Shown here one piece after another: positions 60,037-64,000 of a DNA stretch of 64,000 bases. The notes under the pieces are model-generated. The model was given only the letters and a program-made list of their open reading frames with translations. It searched no databases and was not told the origin of the DNA. The DNA comes from a virus (Duplodnaviria; Caudoviricetes). Location: the IMG/VR virus record IMGVR_UViG_3300029288_000111, positions 1 through 64,000 of that record. One strand, given 5' to 3'. The translations under genes were made by a program, and so were the position numbers. How positions within the stretch are numbered: position 1 is the stretch's first letter; every line of letters starts with the position of its first letter.

Positions 60037-60519
60037 TTACTGCCTCGTGAAGACCACGTCAAAGCGATCCAGGGGAGAGGTTGACTCGCCACGCACGAGC
60101 GATCCCTGCAAACTCGATCCGCTGACAGACCCTTGGAGCCGCCAAACGTCGGCGATGAGATCCACCCGTGAGCCGCGCAGATAGCCGGTCTGGATCTGAT
60201 AGCGGTCACGCCATGGCACCACCACCAGCGTTCCCTTCACCTGGTTCGCAGACTGGACAAGAACGAGTTCGAACATCCGCTGGCCATTGCGCCAGCACAC
60301 CCAGCTCCCCGTCACATCCACCGCCCCGGCCGGCGGTGTACTCGCCGCTGCCGGCGGCTCCACCGCGGGAGGAGCATCGGGTGCGGGTTGCACCGGCGTT
60401 ACCGGCGCCACCCGCTGCCCCGGCGTTACCGGCATCACCGGCTGCGTCCGCACCCTCTCGCAACCGGCCAGCAGCACGAGCAGACATATCCCGACCCAGA
60501 GCAAACGAGTGTTCACCAT
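60037..60519 (-). CDS. Lipoprotein
   Basis: Signal peptide with lipobox LLAGC; Pro-rich linker. Confidence 0.7.
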   Translation of the reverse strand: MVNTRLLWVGICLLVLLAGCERVRTQPVMPVTPGQRVAPVTPVQPAPDAPPAVEPPAAASTPPAGAVDVTGSWVCWRNGQRMFELVLVQSANQVKGTLVVVPWRDRYQIQTGYLRGSRVDLIADVWRLQGSVSGSSLQGSLVRGESTSPLDRFDVVFTRQ

Positions 60520-60544
60520 CCGCGTAACCCCTTCCGCTATAGGA

Positions 60545-60751
60545 CTACGCGGAGGCCTGAGATGTTCCCGCTCGGGCCTCCCGGCGTGCGGCAGCGATCT
60601 CCCGCTCGATCTCCTCGGGCGAGAGCCCGGAACGCCGTGCGTTCGCCCAGGCGCGTTCGACGATCTCCTGGAGGCCCTCCCACGCCTGTTCACGCTCCCG
60701 TGGGAGAGAGTTTGATATCACAATCTGTGATTTCAAAACATCCTCTTTCAT
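60545..60751 (-). CDS. Small helical protein resembling antitoxin C-termini
   Basis: GLSPEEIEREIAAARRE; AGGGG RBS. Confidence 0.5.
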   Translation of the reverse strand: MKEDVLKSQIVISNSLPREREQAWEGLQEIVERAWANARRSGLSPEEIEREIAAARREARAGTSQASA

Positions 60752-62181
60752 GTTCGCCCCTCGCGTTCACCGGCTCCCGACGAACACTGTACTCATACCC
60801 GTCCACCCGCTGCACGACGCGGATCTCCTTCTGGCTCCTCGGGCTGTAACTGCGCTTCGTGCCATCGGGATAGGAGACGATCCCCTTGCCCGCCCGTCGC
60901 CTCCAACCTGGAAACCCGCCCACACCGGCCCCGGAACAGCACCATATCGCCGGTGCCGAAGTGGAAGCGCCGCTTCCACCGCCTGGCCGTCATCGGCAGG
61001 CCGTCCTTCCCCAGACGGGGAAAACCGGGAGCGCGATACCGCCGCAGTCCGCGGTCTCCATGCCCCTTGGCAGTCGCGAAGAGAACCCACACCTCCCGCG
61101 CCCCTCGCTTGACCGACAGGAGCGGCGCCTCGCTCCAGGCATACGCCGAGCGACCGACACAAAGAGCATCCAGCGAATGTGTCTTCGCCAAGCGGAACTG
61201 ATCCCGAACGAAGTGCGTCATCCCGCCCGAGCCGGTTTCCAGGGGCAAGCCCATGCGCCGGATCCGGGCACAGAGATCGGTCCGCGCCGAGTTTACCGCC
61301 GCCGCGTCTTTATACGACTTACCCACCTGCGCTTGCACATCGGGGTGCCCAAACTCTACCGCCGTCCGGTTCTTCTTGGCCTGGTTGCACGGTCCGCAGG
61401 CGATGGTGAGATTGCTCACCCGATTGGTTCCGTCCCTGCCTTTCGGAATGATGTGCTCCACCTGAAGCGGCCCCGGAAACTTCTTGTTGCAGTAGGAGCA
61501 GCGGTGGTGGAACTTGTAGAGAAGATACTGCTTCAACTCGTAGCCGGCGAGGGTGCCGCGTTGATACTCCATCCCCTTGATGTCCGGCTTCTCCATCTTC
61601 TGGGTGTCGAAGCGCACCGCCTCGACCGATATTCCCGTCACCGGCGCCCACCGGCACAACCGCTCAATCCACGAAACCTGCGAAAGGACCCGCGCCTTCA
61701 CCGCCGGAGACAGCCAGCGCCCGCGCGTGTCCTCGCCGTTGTGCCGCACGCCCTTGTGGCGCCAGCACCAGTCCTTGCCACTTCTGGCGTTCTGCCCGCA
61801 GATGTGGCACTTCACGCGCGGGCGGTTCCTGAAGCGCCGGGGGCGGTAGCGGCGATACTTGTTGCGGCGCATCCGGCGCCAGTTCCGACGCTGCTGCATC
61901 TTCTTGTGAATGCCCCGGCGGTGCTCAATCTCCATCAGCGCCAGGGCGCGCGGTCGGTTCCCGCCTTCTCGGACGACGGCCAGTCCAGTTGCCTTCGATC
62001 CCGGATCCAGCTTCACCCGCACCGACTGCAACTCGCTCTCTTCCACCGTTCGGTCCGCCAACCGGATCACGAAGGGGGAGCGGCGGTGAACACGCGCCCG
62101 GCCCCTCTCCAGGAGGAGTCGCGCCCGCTTCTCCGTGCAGGGCATCAGCGGATTCTGATGTTTGTCCAGAACGTAGACCAT
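60690..62181 (-). CDS. iscB: IscB RNA-guided endonuclease, frameshifted by a 4-bp duplication at 60888-60895 (as read, ORF 60793-62181)
   Basis: PLMP domain, RuvC-I LDPGS, Arg-rich bridge helix, RuvC-II VEAVRFD, HNH (CSYC..EHIIP..NL..C..CN), RuvC-III THSLDA; typical VQRVDGYEY tail in the shifted frame. Confidence 0.93.
60711..60737. repeat. Palindrome TTTGATATCACA-ATC-TGTGATTTCAAA
   Basis: 12-bp arms with 1 mismatch; same core as 63037-63061. Confidence 0.8.
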
Positions 62182-62184
62182 CTT

Positions 62185-62539
62185 CTTGTCCTTACGGACC
62201 TTGTGACGGTGGCGGTTGGCATCCCGCCACGCTCACCACGCCCATGTCAACCGGCAGTCCGGCATTGAGCCATGTCGCGTTCCGTTTCGTGGCCTCTCAA
62301 CCATTGTCTACAAGTACCTTTCGGTACGAACGCGACTTCGAGAGGGTCAGGCTGGTGAAGCACCGACCGTCGGTTTTAGACATCCGGCCAACGTAGCTCA
62401 CGGCCCGAAGGCCGCTTCAGCGGTTGTTACTCCCGCCTCCTCATCTGCCTTGCCATCGGCATCGGTGGCTCGGGCTAGTTCGCAGTTGACAGACTTTTCA
62501 GCCCGCGCGCTTCAACTCGGAATCCGCATCGCGCAAGGA
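62185..62539 (-). ncRNA. omegaRNA/HEARO-like scaffold with 5' anti-repeat (tracrRNA-like)
   Basis: ACTAGCCCGAG, GCTACGTT, TGCTTCACCAGCC, GACATGGGCGTGGTGA and CGTCACAAGGTCCGTAAGGAC motifs upstream of iscB; 62508-62526 complementary to the repeat. Confidence 0.82.
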
Positions 62540-62912
62540 GTCGCAACGGACTCCGAATAGAAGCGGAGAGTGCGACGTTCTGGCGGGATGCACGCCCCGA
62601 AGATCCTCCGTCGCAACGGACTCCGAATAGAAGCGGAGAGTGCGACGTTTCACGCCGCCGCTCCGATCCTGACCGGGCGAGTCGCAACGGACTCCGAATA
62701 GAAGCGGAGAGTGCGACCCTCGTTTCATGCCGATACCGGCAGGTGCCGGCTGTCGCAACGGACTCCGAATAGAAGCGGAGAGTGCGACTCGGCGCTGTGA
62801 TCGTGCCGCCCCTCCTGCCGGCGTCGCAACGGACTCCGAATAGAATCGGAGAGTGCGACTCCCAACCGTTCTGGCGTCGCAACGGACTCCGAATCGGAAC
62901 GAAGAGTGCGAC
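62540..62912 (-). CRISPR. CRISPR array, 6 x 37-bp repeats GTCGCACTCTCCGCTTCTATTCGGAGTCCGTTGCGAC (minus strand)
   Basis: Repeats start at 62540, 62610, 62681, 62752 (identical), 62823 (1 change) and 62876 (degenerate); spacers 33, 34, 34, 34 and 16 nt. Confidence 0.96.
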
Positions 62913-62944
62913 TGACACTCACCGCCGTTATCCCCTTCCACCCT

Positions 62945-62974
62945 AGATAACGCTCGATGGCCGCGAGCGTTCCC
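62945..62974 (-). promoter_or_regulatory. ECF-type promoter reading into array, scaffold and iscB
   Basis: GGGAAC-gctcgcggccatcgag(16)-CGTTATC. Confidence 0.8.
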
Positions 62975-62992
62975 ACTTTTTTTCAAGGCGTT

Positions 62993-63061
62993 TTGAGATG
63001 CCGATTTGGCACCTCAAAGGTGACAATCTGTTACCTTTGAGGTCACAATCTGTGACCTCAA
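62993..63061. repeat. Three overlapping palindromes with 3-nt centres
   Basis: 62993-63017, 63011-63043 and the perfect TTGAGGTCACA-ATC-TGTGACCTCAA at 63037-63061. Confidence 0.85.
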
Positions 63062-63232
63062 GATTCAGCGTGGCCTGCCGCCGTCGTTCCCACCCGCCGC
63101 GACCCGGCGGGCCGGCCGTCAACGTGGGCTTCCCCGGTCGTTTGAGTGACTCGCACACGAATACGTCGCGTGCTGATCCCACGCGGCATACGCTCGGCGC
63201 GGGGGCGGGCTCCCACCGCCAGGCGGCCACGC

Positions 63233-63445
63233 TCAGACCTCCCGCACCCGCCGCAGCGTCCTCCCCGGCACCACGACGAACGATCCGTCACCGAACTCCA
63301 CCAGCACGTTCCGAGGCCCGGGCCCGCCGCTCCAGACCACCGCACGGCACTCCTGGCCGTAACGGCCGTTCCCCAGCGGGAAACTCGGATCCCAGGACGA
63401 GCGCCCGGCGCGGGCCACGTAACGGTAACGGCGATCAGGTTCCAT
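63233..63445 (-). CDS. Hypothetical protein
   Basis: NVLVEFGDG..VVVP..LRRV; coupled to the upstream gene. Confidence 0.6.
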   Translation of the reverse strand: MEPDRRYRYVARAGRSSWDPSFPLGNGRYGQECRAVVWSGGPGPRNVLVEFGDGSFVVVPGRTLRRVREV

Positions 63446-63884
63446 CGTCTTCCGGGAACCCCGGCAGGAGCCGCGCCTTCGCGAAATCCCGCCGCCATCC
63501 CTTGAGCATCCCGAACCGCTCCCAGTACTCCACGACCTCCAGATCCTCGCAGTTCATCGAATCGCCGGTGCAGCCGTGGGCAGGCGGGTCGCCGTAGTGG
63601 ATGCCGTCTTGGTACACGCCGCCCTTCGCGATCTGCTCCGCGAGGGTCGGGAACGGCTTGTCGGATTCCGCCCACTGGACTTTCTGCATCAACCCCCAGG
63701 AAATCGCCACGAGGAACTCCTGCAGGCACGCCTGGCAGCGAATCCGCACCAGGGCGATCTCGTCGCAGTAGATATCATGGGCCATCGCAGGCTCGAATGG
63801 AGCATAGCGCGGCACCCCGGCCTCGTCGTACCAGTCGGGTTTCCGGTCCGTCAGCGCCTTGATGTCCTCGTAGAGAGCGTTCAC
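63435..63884 (-). CDS. Conserved phage hypothetical protein
   Basis: WYDEAGVPRY..F.P...HYGDPPAHGC..GDSMN; strong RBS. Confidence 0.7.
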   Translation of the reverse strand: MNALYEDIKALTDRKPDWYDEAGVPRYAPFEPAMAHDIYCDEIALVRIRCQACLQEFLVAISWGLMQKVQWAESDKPFPTLAEQIAKGGVYQDGIHYGDPPAHGCTGDSMNCEDLEVVEYWERFGMLKGWRRDFAKARLLPGFPEDDGT

Positions 63885-63903
63885 TCGGTCTCCCCTTCCT
63901 CCT

Positions 63904-63934
63904 CTGCTAACGCTCCACTCGCCGAATCGTTCCC
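63904..63934 (-). promoter_or_regulatory. ECF-type promoter
   Basis: GGGAAC-N16-CGTTAGCAG. Confidence 0.8.
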
Positions 63935-64000
63935 GCTCCCTTCGCCCGGGCCACCTTCCGCATCGCCATCGCGAAATCCCACGCCGCCATCGCCTTGACT

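Noticed and set aside
60391-60442. CCGGCGTTACCGGC tandem repeats
   Set aside because: Encode the PVTP linker of the lipoprotein.
62540-62912. Orphan mini-array hijacking a host class 1 Cas system
   Set aside because: Less likely, given the anti-repeat fused to the omegaRNA and co-orientation with iscB; not excluded without the host genome.
62475-62986. ORFs with repeated peptides (SHSPLLFGVRCD etc.)
   Set aside because: Translations of the CRISPR repeats.

Overview
A 64-kb slice of a high-GC temperate tailed phage; no bacterial housekeeping context is visible. The modules are as follows. Head and injected proteins lie at 1-21 kb on the minus strand: a DarB-like MTase-helicase with an intein, a polyvalent InPase/2H-phosphoesterase protein, a MuF-like protein, portal, TerL and TerS. 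A tRNA-like/structured RNA block follows. Replication and early genes lie at 22-34 kb: MTases, a beta-clamp, an initiator with iterons, a helicase loader and an ECF sigma factor. An immunity/integration module (XRE, LexA-like, Xis, an apparently intact attP, tyrosine integrase) is followed by accessory genes, then lysis and tail genes at 44-60 kb. The standout is at 60.7-63.1 kb. An IscB nuclease has its omega-RNA scaffold fused through an anti-repeat to a 6-repeat CRISPR array, with no cas1/cas2 or tnpA in the window. The array has its own ECF-type promoter and the locus is flanked by matching palindromes. The iscB gene carries a 4-bp frameshifting duplication near its 3' end. Other notable features: an intein with a homing endonuclease overprinted out of frame behind its own promoter; a 10-copy GGGAAC-N16-CGTTA promoter regulon; a 9-copy GAGTCAAGACTC palindrome; and a TnpB-only IS whose target site can be reconstructed exactly. 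All family calls come from motif recognition by eye; no database searches were run.
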